Source of the DNA: an uncultured virus (IMG/VR IMGVR_UViG_2522572172_000008)
Lineage: Duplodnaviria > Heunggongvirae > Uroviricota > Caudoviricetes
IMG/VR virus record: IMGVR_UViG_2522572172_000008
Strand: one strand, 5' to 3'
Length of the DNA: 42,502 nucleotides
This document shows positions 1 through 9,828 of this stretch, piece after piece. Within the stretch, counting starts at the first letter, position 1. The number at the start of each line of letters is the position of its first letter. The notes under the pieces are model-generated. The model did no database searches. It had not been told where the DNA came from and saw only the letters and a program-made list of their open reading frames with translations. The position numbers and the translations under genes are program-made.

Positions 1-129
1 CACACTGTAGAATCAGGACTTACTTTGAAAGATGCTCAAGATAAAGTAAAAGAATTAGCAACAAAACAAAAGTACAGTAAACACACAATGGATTGTTGCA
101 AATTCTATGTTCAACCAGAAATAAAATAA
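1..129 (+). CDS. 3' end of a hypothetical protein (runs off the window edge)
   Basis: Frame +1 open from base 1 (HTVESGLTTLKDAQDKVKELA...QPEIK) to TAA at 127-129, just before the RBS of the next gene. Confidence 0.55.
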   Translation, partial: HTVESGLTLKDAQDKVKELATKQKYSKHTMDCCKFYVQPEIK

Positions 130-155
130 TACAATGAATAAAGGATTGAACTGAA

Positions 156-521
156 ATGACTAAAGAAAAAATTAATGTATATTTAGACGATAAAAGAGAC
201 TGTCCAAAAGGATTTACAATTGCAAGAACTATGGAGAAAGCGATTGAACTCCTTACAAACTATGCTGTTCAAATTCTTTCACTTGACCACGACTTAGGAG
301 AAGATGAGAATGGGAAACTACTCCCTACTGGTTATGATTTCGTGAAATATTTCTGCTTACACAATTTATTTGCTGAGAAAATTTATATTCACACTGACAA
401 TCCACCAGGTCGTCAAGCTATGTATGAGACGCTGAAAGGTGCTCAAAGACGAGGATTTATTGCTGAAGATATTAAAATACACCATTACTCAATCACAGTG
501 AATAGATACTCTGGCGAATAA
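156..521 (+). CDS. Cyclic-phosphate-processing receiver domain protein (cREC_REC-like)
   Basis: Motifs VYLDDxR, SLDHDLG, TGYD and IHTDNPPGR are typical of this stand-alone receiver-like family; RBS AAGGA upstream. Confidence 0.8.
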   Translation: MTKEKINVYLDDKRDCPKGFTIARTMEKAIELLTNYAVQILSLDHDLGEDENGKLLPTGYDFVKYFCLHNLFAEKIYIHTDNPPGRQAMYETLKGAQRRGFIAEDIKIHHYSITVNRYSGE

Positions 522-610
522 AACGTGCTCGCAATAGAATTTAATAATAATGCTCATCCTTTCTTATTATGATATAGCAAATATTTATTTAAGAGAGGAT
601 GAAAATTGCG

Positions 611-895
611 ATGGCAAAACCGAAAACAATAAAAGGAACTGTTGGAGAAAAGACAGTTGAATATAAAGAAATGACTATGAAAGAGTATTTTGTAGTTTTC
701 ATTACTACATTAGTAGGTTTTTCTTTCCCTACAGCTATAATTGCTTTTCTACTTGTTAAAACTACCGAGCTAAACATCTTTACAGCAGTTGTTATCGGAT
801 TACTTATGATAATTTTATTAGTTGTTTCATTCGGATGGCATAAACCTGCTTATAAAAATGAAAAGAAATCAGAGAAAGATGATGACGATGATTAA
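611..895 (+). CDS. Small two-TM membrane protein
   Basis: Two hydrophobic segments and a charged tail; GAGGA RBS at 595-599; terminator follows (start could also be 599). Confidence 0.7.
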   Translation: MAKPKTIKGTVGEKTVEYKEMTMKEYFVVFITTLVGFSFPTAIIAFLLVKTTELNIFTAVVIGLLMIILLVVSFGWHKPAYKNEKKSEKDDDDD

Positions 896-926
896 GAGGT
901 GTATCTATAATGGTACATCTTTTTTT
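894..926 (+). terminator. Intrinsic terminator
   Basis: AAGAGGTGTA(TC)...GGTACATCTT stem followed by a T-run directly after the stop codon. Confidence 0.6.
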
Positions 927-1048
927 ATGTTCATAAATGTTAAAGCATGATGGTCCCTACTATTTTACATTTTGGTTACATTACCTATATAAATTGTATT
1001 TATTTGATATAATAATATCCGAAATTAATGAATATAGGAGGTTTTATT

Positions 1049-1909
1049 TTGGCTAATAAAAATAGAACTAAGCAGAAGCAAAATAATAAATCACAAGATG
1101 CTCAACATGTACAAGAAACACCTGATTCTGCTTCTTCAAAAATCAACAACAATGAAATAAAAAGTAATAATGGATTCTTTAAAATTGTAAGCCAAGCAAC
1201 GCTTATTGCGTTGCTGTTAACAGCACTAAGTTATTCGTTTACAGCCTTATTTAAATCTGGATATCATCATTATTATCGATTAAATGATTATTCATTGTTA
1301 ACAATTGATACAAGCGATTTGGTACATTTCTTTTTAGTATCATTCCAATATCTATTACCATTAACAATATCTTATTTTGCTGTTAGATACATATTCTTAG
1401 CACCTGAATTTTTCCTCAGAAAAGGTGGAGTAAAAAGTATAACAATAGCTTTTGTTATCATTCTTTTCTTTATACCCATGTTTATGTCTTGGATTTTTAA
1501 TATAGACAAATTCGATAAAAGATATATATTTGCATGGGCATTTGTTACAAATTGTATAGTTTTTTATCAGTTCTTCTCACCTACAGTCCAATCTATATTA
1601 CAATTTCTTCTAACGCCAATCAGACCTTACAAAGTATTTTTTATTCTCAGTGCATTTATCTTTTTAGGAATTGGCTCCTATAGATTAGGTGTTGATACAG
1701 CAAAAAAACAAGAAGAATATTCAATTGTTACTCAGGGTGAAGAAGAGCTTATTGTAATTAGTACCAAAGGCAACAGTTTAATTACAGCTCCTTTTAATAA
1801 GGATACAAATACAATAAAATCAACCTTTACAGTTATTCCCATGAAAAATCAATTAAGCTTAAAGACTACAACACTGACAAAAAATTTAATAGTAAAATCA
1901 GACATATAA
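1049..1909 (+). CDS. Multi-pass membrane protein, unknown function
   Basis: About 5 TM segments and a soluble C-terminus; AGGAGG RBS before an in-frame TTG at 1049. Confidence 0.75.
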   Translation: MANKNRTKQKQNNKSQDAQHVQETPDSASSKINNNEIKSNNGFFKIVSQATLIALLLTALSYSFTALFKSGYHHYYRLNDYSLLTIDTSDLVHFFLVSFQYLLPLTISYFAVRYIFLAPEFFLRKGGVKSITIAFVIILFFIPMFMSWIFNIDKFDKRYIFAWAFVTNCIVFYQFFSPTVQSILQFLLTPIRPYKVFFILSAFIFLGIGSYRLGVDTAKKQEEYSIVTQGEEELIVISTKGNSLITAPFNKDTNTIKSTFTVIPMKNQLSLKTTTLTKNLIVKSDI

Positions 1910-1916
1910 ATAATAT

Positions 1917-1965
1917 GAATACATAAAAAAACACCTTATTTGTCTTTAGGTGTTTTTATGTATTC
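1917..1965. terminator. Long inverted repeat / bidirectional terminator
   Basis: GAATACATAAAAA..CACCT ... AGGTGTTTTTATGTATTC. Confidence 0.7.
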
Positions 1966-2085
1966 AGCACTTCCCTATTACTCACTAAAAGAATATAATT
2001 TCTTTTATGAAATCCAACCGAGTTTTGTAATAGAATGATATAGTCATATTAGCAAATCATATTAAACTGTTTAGGAGGAACACTG

Positions 2086-2940
2086 TTGATTGAAACATTA
2101 TTAATAAAATTTTATAAACAAAATCTGAGTAATTATGCATTAGTATACAAACATGTTCTTATTAACATCATCATTGCAGTTATAATAATTTTTCTTTCTG
2201 TACTAATTCCAGCCCCCTATATTATTCATAATAACCAAGAGTTTCTGTTAATATCTATATTTTTCTTTATTTCATTAATAGTAGCTGTTATGGCACTAAG
2301 TTTATTAGTTAATCTTCCTGCAATGAATTTTACCAGGAGATTTTATAAAATAAAACTACGTAGTTTAGAGTGGGAACTTTTTCGTTTATATTTATTAAAA
2401 GAATATTTAGTTGAAACTAAATTTATAGATACTGAAAATAAAAATACAAAAGAAAACAAGGAAAAAATTGAAATGATTATTTCTTTATTCCAACAAAAAC
2501 TTGATAATCGACAAAAGAATAAACCTTTTTCAATTTTGGGTTCTTACTTTAACACTACTATTGTATTTTTAATTCCCATCTGGACCGCATTTAATAATCA
2601 AGTATACTTTAAAGAAGTCACCCTAAATGAAGCAATTCATAACATAGGAACTATTTTTTGGGTGGTACTACTTTTATTTGTTCTGTTTTGTATGATTAAA
2701 ATATATAAAATACAATATAAATTTCTTTACCCCGACTACAAATTGCAAGAAATCATATACATGCTTTCACAATTACAAATCATACATAATAATGACAAGT
2801 TTTCACAAAAACATATACCTCAAGACCAAAAAGACAAAATTAAAACTATGGTGAAAGATTACAATAAAACAAGGAATAATTACAAAGAAAAAAATACCAC
2901 TTCATTTTTAAAAAGATATTCTTATTTCAAATGGAAGTGA
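2086..2940 (+). CDS. Membrane protein (2+2 TM), unknown function
   Basis: AGGAGG RBS and TTG start; 284-aa ORF with two pairs of hydrophobic helices; very AT-rich. Confidence 0.75.
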   Translation: MIETLLIKFYKQNLSNYALVYKHVLINIIIAVIIIFLSVLIPAPYIIHNNQEFLLISIFFFISLIVAVMALSLLVNLPAMNFTRRFYKIKLRSLEWELFRLYLLKEYLVETKFIDTENKNTKENKEKIEMIISLFQQKLDNRQKNKPFSILGSYFNTTIVFLIPIWTAFNNQVYFKEVTLNEAIHNIGTIFWVVLLLFVLFCMIKIYKIQYKFLYPDYKLQEIIYMLSQLQIIHNNDKFSQKHIPQDQKDKIKTMVKDYNKTRNNYKEKNTTSFLKRYSYFKWK

Positions 2941-2948
2941 TAAAAAAT

Positions 2949-2974
2949 AAAAGCACCTATTATTAGGTGCTTTT
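2949..2974. terminator. Bidirectional terminator between convergent genes
   Basis: AAAAGCACCTA-TTAT-TAGGTGCTTTT perfect stem. Confidence 0.75.
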
Positions 2975-3219
2975 TAATACAACTTCTTCCCCTTTCCAAT
3001 TGTTAATGTCCATGCAGTTCCACAAGGATTGGGAATCTCTTGAGCATCAATTAGACATTCTTTGCACTTGTCATTTTTATACCACTCACAATTTTTAGTT
3101 ACAGCATTACGCAACACTCGCTTTGAAACAACTCTGGCAGTTGGTCCCTTCAAATATCTATCTTCCGTATGCACAATTATATTTTTAGGGTCTTTTATCA
3201 TATCTACTGTTTTATTCAT
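2974..3219 (-). CDS. Small Cys-containing hypothetical protein
   Basis: GAGGA RBS before ATG 3219; 81 aa with C-x7-CxxC-x10-C. Confidence 0.6.
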   Translation of the reverse strand: MNKTVDMIKDPKNIIVHTEDRYLKGPTARVVSKRVLRNAVTKNCEWYKNDKCKECLIDAQEIPNPCGTAWTLTIGKGKKLY

Positions 3220-3235
3220 ATCCTCTCTTCCCCTT

Positions 3236-3979
3236 TTAGACTGAAATCGTCTTATATGTATTCCCGTCAATAACTAATCCATTCAGTTGACCATCAAAGA
3301 CCGCTCCCCCATCAATTCCAATCTTTGTCTTACATGGAGAAATCCAAACATCATTGGACTTATCCTCATTTAATACTCTTGTAATAGTATGACCAAATAC
3401 AATTGTTTTTCCTGTTTCATTTATACCATAATGAAATGGTTTTCGAATCCAACTAAAATCCTTTTCGGATGAGTTTTTCCAATCAGAATACACAAGATTC
3501 ACTCCTGCATGGACAAAAATAAAATATTCTGTTTCATAAAAATAAGGCATGTCTTTTATAAACTGAATGACTTCTGAATATTTCTCTTTCATCAATTTAG
3601 CAAGATGTTCTGGCGTATACCTAATAGATGCTTTTTCTCCTAAAAATGAATCTATTGTAGCGTTTCCACCTTGATTCAAGTAAAATTCCCCCTCATTTAC
3701 AGGGTCATCTATAAAATTCAAAAACAATTCTTCATGGTTACCTCTTAAAAAAATAGCATCATATTGTTTCTTCAAGTACATAGCTAAAATCAATGTTGAT
3801 TTTGATTTCTTTCCTCTATCGAGCAAATCACCTAATTGTATCAGTCTATGTATATCTCTATCCCACTTTTTTAACAAGGTTGTAAATTCTAATAAACATC
3901 CATGAATATCCCCGACCACAAAAAATCTATCTAATACTTGCTTAACTTCGGTTATCTTCATAACTTCCGAATGGTTCAT
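3236..3979 (-). CDS. Calcineurin-like metallophosphoesterase (PphA/Ser-Thr phosphatase type), copy 1
   Basis: GDIHG, GDLLDRG, RGNHE, FVHAG, FGHT and IDGG motifs. Confidence 0.9.
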   Translation of the reverse strand: MNHSEVMKITEVKQVLDRFFVVGDIHGCLLEFTTLLKKWDRDIHRLIQLGDLLDRGKKSKSTLILAMYLKKQYDAIFLRGNHEELFLNFIDDPVNEGEFYLNQGGNATIDSFLGEKASIRYTPEHLAKLMKEKYSEVIQFIKDMPYFYETEYFIFVHAGVNLVYSDWKNSSEKDFSWIRKPFHYGINETGKTIVFGHTITRVLNEDKSNDVWISPCKTKIGIDGGAVFDGQLNGLVIDGNTYKTISV

Positions 3980-4044
3980 TTGTGTATCTCCTATCATCTA
4001 TATAAGTTTCTTTGGCAAAATTTGTTTTTAGTTTACAATAAAGC

Positions 4045-4851
4045 TTAGTTTGTTATTTCATTTATAGCTTGTACAAGTAAAATTTCATCACAATCATATA
4101 AACCTGAAGTATTCATATTGTTGTATTCAACAACTTTAAATCCATTATTCGTCTCTGCAACATCAATTACAAATGCTTGAGCTAATGGAAATTGGTTAAT
4201 CATTTTCATTGTGTAGGAAAGTAATTCATCAGAAGGTTTACGGACAGTGCTCATAACTTTATTTTCTTTATAACAAGAACTGGTCACGATGTTCTGATTG
4301 ATGACAAAGAAACGATATTCAGCTTGTATTTCTTGTATAGGAGAAATCATTAATTTTTGACCAAGATAAGGACTATCCTCCTTACATTCTCGTTTCTGCC
4401 ATGCCAAAAATTCTTCTCTTGTCACCGTTTGACCTGTAAATAACTTTGTATTCCCTGTAGGTCGAATAAAGAACTCCTCATCTATCGGATTTAGCTCCCA
4501 TAAATCACCTACCATAAAATCTTTGTTTAGCAGTTCATCTCCCAATACTTGCTGAAATACTTCAAATTCAAATTGGTCATTCACAAAAGAACCAGGCTCC
4601 AAATTCATTTCTTTCGCTATATTTGCAAGTGTTTTAGAGCCATATACCATTACTTGCTCATTACAAATAAAATCATTTAAGACTCTATCAGAATTATCTC
4701 TTGGTATTTTACTTTCCTTATCAATCACTGTTAGTGAATTATCTTTGTCTACTCTTACAATCAAATACTCTATAGAACACTTTTCTAATGCTTTTACCAT
4801 CCGTATTGTATTGGGGTTATAATTTAAAAACTCTTGTACTAACCATTTCAT
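4045..4851 (-). CDS. ATP-grasp domain protein (R2K/DUF4343-like)
   Basis: FIRP...KLFTG, EYRFFV and FVIDVA...VVEYNxxxxSGLY motifs; AAGGAG RBS before ATG 4851. Confidence 0.8.
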   Translation of the reverse strand: MKWLVQEFLNYNPNTIRMVKALEKCSIEYLIVRVDKDNSLTVIDKESKIPRDNSDRVLNDFICNEQVMVYGSKTLANIAKEMNLEPGSFVNDQFEFEVFQQVLGDELLNKDFMVGDLWELNPIDEEFFIRPTGNTKLFTGQTVTREEFLAWQKRECKEDSPYLGQKLMISPIQEIQAEYRFFVINQNIVTSSCYKENKVMSTVRKPSDELLSYTMKMINQFPLAQAFVIDVAETNNGFKVVEYNNMNTSGLYDCDEILLVQAINEITN

Positions 4852-4926
4852 TTCCGATTCTCCTTTCTTAGTATCATGTGTAAAATGCAGAAGAGATGTT
4901 GTTATCCCTTCCACACCTTCCTATTA

Positions 4927-5625
4927 TTACGCTGAAAACCTCAAAGTTTCAGTTTCACTAATTTTAAGGGCATGTAAATAGCCTCCAAAAACCGCTCCTC
5001 CATCGATTCCAATTTTTGTTTTGCATGGAGATATCCAAACATCACAATTATTATCATCATGATGTAGATACGGAGTAGGTGTATGACCAAAAACAATGAT
5101 TTTTCCTGTTTTGTTTTTTCGTTTATGAAATGGTTCTCGAATCCACAACAAATCATCTTCCCCTGACATTCGCCAATCTTGTAAGATTAAATTAACACCT
5201 GCATGTACAAAAATATGACTATCTGTTTCATGATAAAGAGGAAGATTTCTAAGGAACTCTACTTCTCTTGAAAACTCTCTTTTTATGTAGTCTGCAACTT
5301 CTGTCAGATACTTAAATTCATAGCCTGGTAAAAATGTTGAAAGGGTTTCTCTTCCTCCATTTCTGAAATAGGATTCTGCATATGAATGTGGCATGTCTAA
5401 CCACTGTAAAAACATAGCTTCATGATTTCCTTTTAAAATAATAGCTCCATACTCTTCTTGTAATTTCATGGCAGTTAGAATACACCCTAAACTATCTGGT
5501 CCCCTATCAATTAAATCACCTAATAAAATAAGTTGCTCTGTTTCTCGATTCCAAGACTTAAGTACTTCATCTAAATTCTCTTTACACCCATGTAAATCAC
5601 CCACTACAAAAATACTTTTCTTCAT
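4927..5625 (-). CDS. Calcineurin-like metallophosphoesterase, copy 2 (paralog of 3236-3979)
   Basis: GDLHG, GDLIDRG, KGNHE, FVHAG and FGHT; shares DVWISPCKTKIGIDGGAVF with copy 1. Confidence 0.9.
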   Translation of the reverse strand: MKKSIFVVGDLHGCKENLDEVLKSWNRETEQLILLGDLIDRGPDSLGCILTAMKLQEEYGAIILKGNHEAMFLQWLDMPHSYAESYFRNGGRETLSTFLPGYEFKYLTEVADYIKREFSREVEFLRNLPLYHETDSHIFVHAGVNLILQDWRMSGEDDLLWIREPFHKRKNKTGKIIVFGHTPTPYLHHDDNNCDVWISPCKTKIGIDGGAVFGGYLHALKISETETLRFSA

Positions 5626-5676
5626 TTCTATCACTCCTCTAAATTTTATATTTTTATTCCCTTATAGGTAAATAAT

Positions 5677-5916
5677 TTAATTTTTATTACTGAATTTCTC
5701 TTGATAATCTTTAAATACATTCTCGAAATACGATAAACTTTCGTTTCCTCTTTTAATGAATTTTGATTGCCATCTTAATTCCTCTAATAATTCTTTCCAA
5801 AAACGCTCATCTGACTTTGTAGCTCGATTTTCTACAAATTCCTTTTCTAAATAAATTAATTTACTGATAGTCATTCTATGTAATGCTTTAGCTTTTAACT
5901 TTTGCATAATTTTCAT
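5677..5916 (-). CDS. Hypothetical protein
   Basis: AAGGAG RBS, 79-aa ORF co-oriented with its neighbours. Confidence 0.65.
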   Translation of the reverse strand: MKIMQKLKAKALHRMTISKLIYLEKEFVENRATKSDERFWKELLEELRWQSKFIKRGNESLSYFENVFKDYQEKFSNKN

Positions 5917-5966
5917 TTGTCATGTCTCCTTTTGATAAAAAGAAAGAGAGAATTATCTCCCTCTCT

Positions 5967-8900
5967 TTAATAGTTCACTCGACAATTTTGTTTCCCTACA
6001 ATTTCTTGCATCTGTGTAATCATCGTCAAATTAAAATGAGTGAAGTTTACTTTGTAAGTATTGCCCCCAAAGATAAAATAAACAGGCACTGTACTATCTT
6101 CTGACTCATATTCCTTCAAATAATCTCTTACTTTTACAAATTGTTTTCGTGCATTATTCACGTTGCGAGACCCTAAAAGAACAATCTCTTTTGGATTCCC
6201 ATCATTACCAACATCATGGATATCAATCACTCGTTTTACCATGATTTGTGTGCCTCGGTCATCCTCTTCAAATTTACCTTCAACCGCAATGATACTACCT
6301 TCATGTAACAGACCTGCACTTTGCTCTAATACGTTAGAGAATGCAACACACTTAATCTCCCCTGTTGTATCTTCTAATTTAAATACATTAAGAGGTTTAT
6401 TGTCTTTTTTCGTGTAGTACGTTTCAATTTCCGTAATAATACCTGCAACACGAATAGATTTTTTATAAGAACGAACTCTATCTGCTTCATCTTTTTCATC
6501 TGTATCTTGTAAGAACCCAATCTCACAAAATTCTTCTTCAGCTAACAATGTTTCATACGAATCAAGAGGATGTGCTGAAATATAAAACCCTGCAAACTCT
6601 TTTTCCTTTTCCAATTTAAAATCAATGTTAAACTCTGTTAATGTAGGAGTTAATACCTCTCTGATTTTATCTTGGCTTAATAACGGAATATCAAAGATAG
6701 ACAATTGTCCTGATTGATAGTCTTTTCGTTCTTGTGAAGCTACCAATAGTAAAGCATCTAACATCATTAATTTCGAATTACGTGTACCTTCAAAGCTATC
6801 GACTGCACCTGAGAAGATTAATGCCTCTAATACTCTTCTATCCACTTTTTGATATTTTGCCATTCGAACCGCACAATCTTGGAAATTACGGAAGTCTCCT
6901 CTTGTATCTCTTTCCTCAATTAAACGAATTGATATTTTACCCATATTTCGAATACCTTGTAAGCCAAATCGAATAGAATTCCCTTCAACCGTAAATACTT
7001 CTCTTGATTTATTTACATCTGGTGGTAAGACATCAATCTTTTGTCGTTTACTCACAGCCATGTATGCTTTGATTTTATCTGACATTGTGATAAATGAATT
7101 TAAAGTAGCACACATATATTCTGTTGGATAGTAATACGCTAAGAAACCTGTTTTAATCGCAATATTCGCATAACCTGTTGCGTGAGATTTATTGAATGCG
7201 TAACGTCCAAATTTCTTCATTCGTTCCCATAAAGCAATTGCAATATGTTCATCAATTCCATTTGCAACACAACCTGTAATTCCTTTTTCCTCTGAACCGT
7301 GTACAAAGTATTCACCATACTCATTTAAAAGGGCTTCTACTTTCTTTGCCATCCCTTTTCGAATGGTATCTGATTGTCCTCGTGTAAAGTTTGCTAATTC
7401 ACGAACGATAAACATACATTGCTCTTGATATACGATGATGTTGTAAGTCGTTTCTAAAATAGGTTGCAACTGAGGAACATCATATTCAATTCCTTCAGGC
7501 TTTAACATGTTTTTAATGTAATTCGGAATTTCATCTAAAGGACCTGGGCGGTACAACGAAATCCCTGCAATTAAACGTTCAAACAATTGTTTCCCCATTT
7601 CAGCATCTAATGTATGTGCATCTTGGAATAACTCCATCATGAAGTTTGTCATTCCTGCACTCTCTAATTGGAATACCCCTGCCGTATTACCTTTTGCAAT
7701 GTATTCATAGACTCGTATATCATCGAGTGGAATACTTTCAAGTGTAATGGGTTCTAACCCTAACTCTTTTCGTTTCTTATTAATATCAATAAAGGCTCGT
7801 CCCATAACACCCATTGTACGAAGACCTAAGAAGTCCATTTTTAGCAAGCCCATCTCTTCACATTCATCTTTGTTATACTGAGTTGTATGCTCATAGGCTC
7901 CTGTATCTGTGTTCTCTAATAGAACCTGAGGAATATGGTCTGTTACGGCACTTGGGGCGATTATGACACCGCAAGCATGTTGTGATACGTTACGAGGTAA
8001 ACCTTCAATACGAAGAGCAATATCAACAATTTCTTTTACCTCTGCATCAGAATGATACATATTATAGAATTCTGGACTCTCATTCAATGCTTTGTTTAAT
8101 GTCATACCTGGTTTTTCAGGGATGGCATTTGCAATCATATTTCCTAATGGTTTATCTAATACACGAGCTACATCTCTAACAGATACTTTTGCGGCCAATG
8201 TACCAAATGTAATAATTCGAGAAACTGCTTCTTCTCCATATAATTCTTTCACATAATCAATTACTTCTTCACGTCTTGTATCCTCGAAATCAATATCAAT
8301 ATCTGGCATTGAAATTCGGTCAGGGTTTAAGAATCGTTCAAAAATAAGTCCATATGGAATTGGGTCAATATCCGTAATATCTAAAGCATATGCAACTAAA
8401 GAACCACAAGCAGAACCACGACCAGGTCCTACTAAAATACCTCTCTCTTTTGCAAATCGAATAAAGTCCCATACAATAACGAAATAACCTGGGAACCCCA
8501 TGGTTTTAATTGTTTCAATCTCAAAGGTTAATCGCTCTCGATATTCTTTACTTTTAAATTCTTTCTGCCCTTTAAATCGTTTCGCAAATCCTTCCCATGC
8601 TAAATGTTCAAAGTAATCCGCTTGCGATTCGAATCCTTCTGGTAGAGGGAATTCAGGTAGATAGATTTCTCCAAGTTGAATGTCAATGTTGATTCTTTCT
8701 GCAAGGTCAAGTGTATTATCAAGTAGCTCTGGCATATCCCAAAACAAATCTTCCATTTCTTCAGAAGTGTGAATGTGATAACCACTCCCTGGAAAGACCA
8801 TACGGTTTGGGTCATCCATTGTTGTTTTCGTTCCAATACATAACAGGATTTCATGTACAGAAGCGTCCTCAATTTCTGTATAATGGCTATCTGAAGTCGC

Positions 8901-9680
8901 AATTGCTTTTAAACCAAATTCTTCAGCCAATTGAAGCAACGCAGGATTTACAACTTCTTCCTCTTCACAACCATGTCTTTGGATTTCAATGTAGTAATTT
9001 TCCTTACCAAAAATATCAATCATTTTTTGTACTGTTTTACGAGCTAAATCCATGTCTCCCTTAATAATCGCTTGAGGGACAAGCCCCCCTAAACATGAGC
9101 TTGTTGAGACAACACCTTCACTATATTTTTCTAACCATTCCAGTTTTACATGAGGTTTATAATACTTATTCTCAAATCCCATACTTGTTAACTTAACAAG
9201 GTTACGATAACCCGTTGCATTAATCGCAAGTAACAACTGATGTTTACCTTCTTTTTTGCCATCTAAAGTTTCAATATATGCTTCAAAACCTAATATCGGT
9301 TTTTTATTTGCTTTTTTCATTTTTTTATAGAAATCTAACGTCCCGTACATAACACCGTGGTCAGTAATCGCACTTGCCCACTCCGTTTTTGCAACCATTT
9401 CATGAATTTTTGTTGCACCATCCAATAAAGAATATCCTGTATGTCCATGAAGGCTGACATAACGTACAACATCTAACACATTTCCATTTACAACTGCTCT
9501 AAACATTTGTCTGCGTTCGAATAAGTTTCGATTGTTCTTTTCAAATTTATTTAGAGGCAATGTACAGATAAGTTCAAAATTATCATCTTTATTCTTTTTT
9601 ACCGCAACTTTATCTCCTTCGAGATGCAGTTCAACGATAGTTCCTTTTTCAATGCTTAAATTAGGAAATACAACTTGCAC
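5967..9680 (-). CDS. dnaE: DNA polymerase III alpha subunit (DnaE type) with N-terminal extension
   Basis: PHP motifs (HGHTGYSLLDG, TDHG, TSDSH), GPGRGSA, FERFLNPDRxSMPDIDID, KMDFLGL, YAFNKSHA and a C-terminal OB fold; GTG start with GGAGAGG RBS. Confidence 0.95.
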   Translation of the reverse strand: MQVVFPNLSIEKGTIVELHLEGDKVAVKKNKDDNFELICTLPLNKFEKNNRNLFERRQMFRAVVNGNVLDVVRYVSLHGHTGYSLLDGATKIHEMVAKTEWASAITDHGVMYGTLDFYKKMKKANKKPILGFEAYIETLDGKKEGKHQLLLAINATGYRNLVKLTSMGFENKYYKPHVKLEWLEKYSEGVVSTSSCLGGLVPQAIIKGDMDLARKTVQKMIDIFGKENYYIEIQRHGCEEEEVVNPALLQLAEEFGLKAIATSDSHYTEIEDASVHEILLCIGTKTTMDDPNRMVFPGSGYHIHTSEEMEDLFWDMPELLDNTLDLAERINIDIQLGEIYLPEFPLPEGFESQADYFEHLAWEGFAKRFKGQKEFKSKEYRERLTFEIETIKTMGFPGYFVIVWDFIRFAKERGILVGPGRGSACGSLVAYALDITDIDPIPYGLIFERFLNPDRISMPDIDIDFEDTRREEVIDYVKELYGEEAVSRIITFGTLAAKVSVRDVARVLDKPLGNMIANAIPEKPGMTLNKALNESPEFYNMYHSDAEVKEIVDIALRIEGLPRNVSQHACGVIIAPSAVTDHIPQVLLENTDTGAYEHTTQYNKDECEEMGLLKMDFLGLRTMGVMGRAFIDINKKRKELGLEPITLESIPLDDIRVYEYIAKGNTAGVFQLESAGMTNFMMELFQDAHTLDAEMGKQLFERLIAGISLYRPGPLDEIPNYIKNMLKPEGIEYDVPQLQPILETTYNIIVYQEQCMFIVRELANFTRGQSDTIRKGMAKKVEALLNEYGEYFVHGSEEKGITGCVANGIDEHIAIALWERMKKFGRYAFNKSHATGYANIAIKTGFLAYYYPTEYMCATLNSFITMSDKIKAYMAVSKRQKIDVLPPDVNKSREVFTVEGNSIRFGLQGIRNMGKISIRLIEERDTRGDFRNFQDCAVRMAKYQKVDRRVLEALIFSGAVDSFEGTRNSKLMMLDALLLVASQERKDYQSGQLSIFDIPLLSQDKIREVLTPTLTEFNIDFKLEKEKEFAGFYISAHPLDSYETLLAEEEFCEIGFLQDTDEKDEADRVRSYKKSIRVAGIITEIETYYTKKDNKPLNVFKLEDTTGEIKCVAFSNVLEQSAGLLHEGSIIAVEGKFEEDDRGTQIMVKRVIDIHDVGNDGNPKEIVLLGSRNVNNARKQFVKVRDYLKEYESEDSTVPVYFIFGGNTYKVNFTHFNLTMITQMQEIVGKQNCRVNY

Positions 9681-9707
9681 ATTACCCTCTCCTCTCCTAA
9701 ATTTACG

Positions 9708-9752
9708 TTGACTATAGTTAATATAGATTCATTTTACATTAACTATAGTCAA
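9708..9752. promoter_or_regulatory. Paired 14-bp palindromic operator-like sites upstream of dnaE
   Basis: TTGACTATAGTTAA (9708-9721) and TTAACTATAGTCAA (9739-9752), together forming a larger inverted repeat. Confidence 0.7.
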
Positions 9753-9828
9753 AAAGTAAAGAGGAAAGAAAACTTCAGATAAAAGAAAAAAGAGCCGATG
9801 GATAACTTCCATACGACTCTTCTACTTA

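Noticed and set aside
5967..9680. Intein or intron in dnaE (also checked secA, herA, virB4 and clpX)
   Set aside because: Conserved motifs are contiguous at normal spacing, with no C...HN intein block
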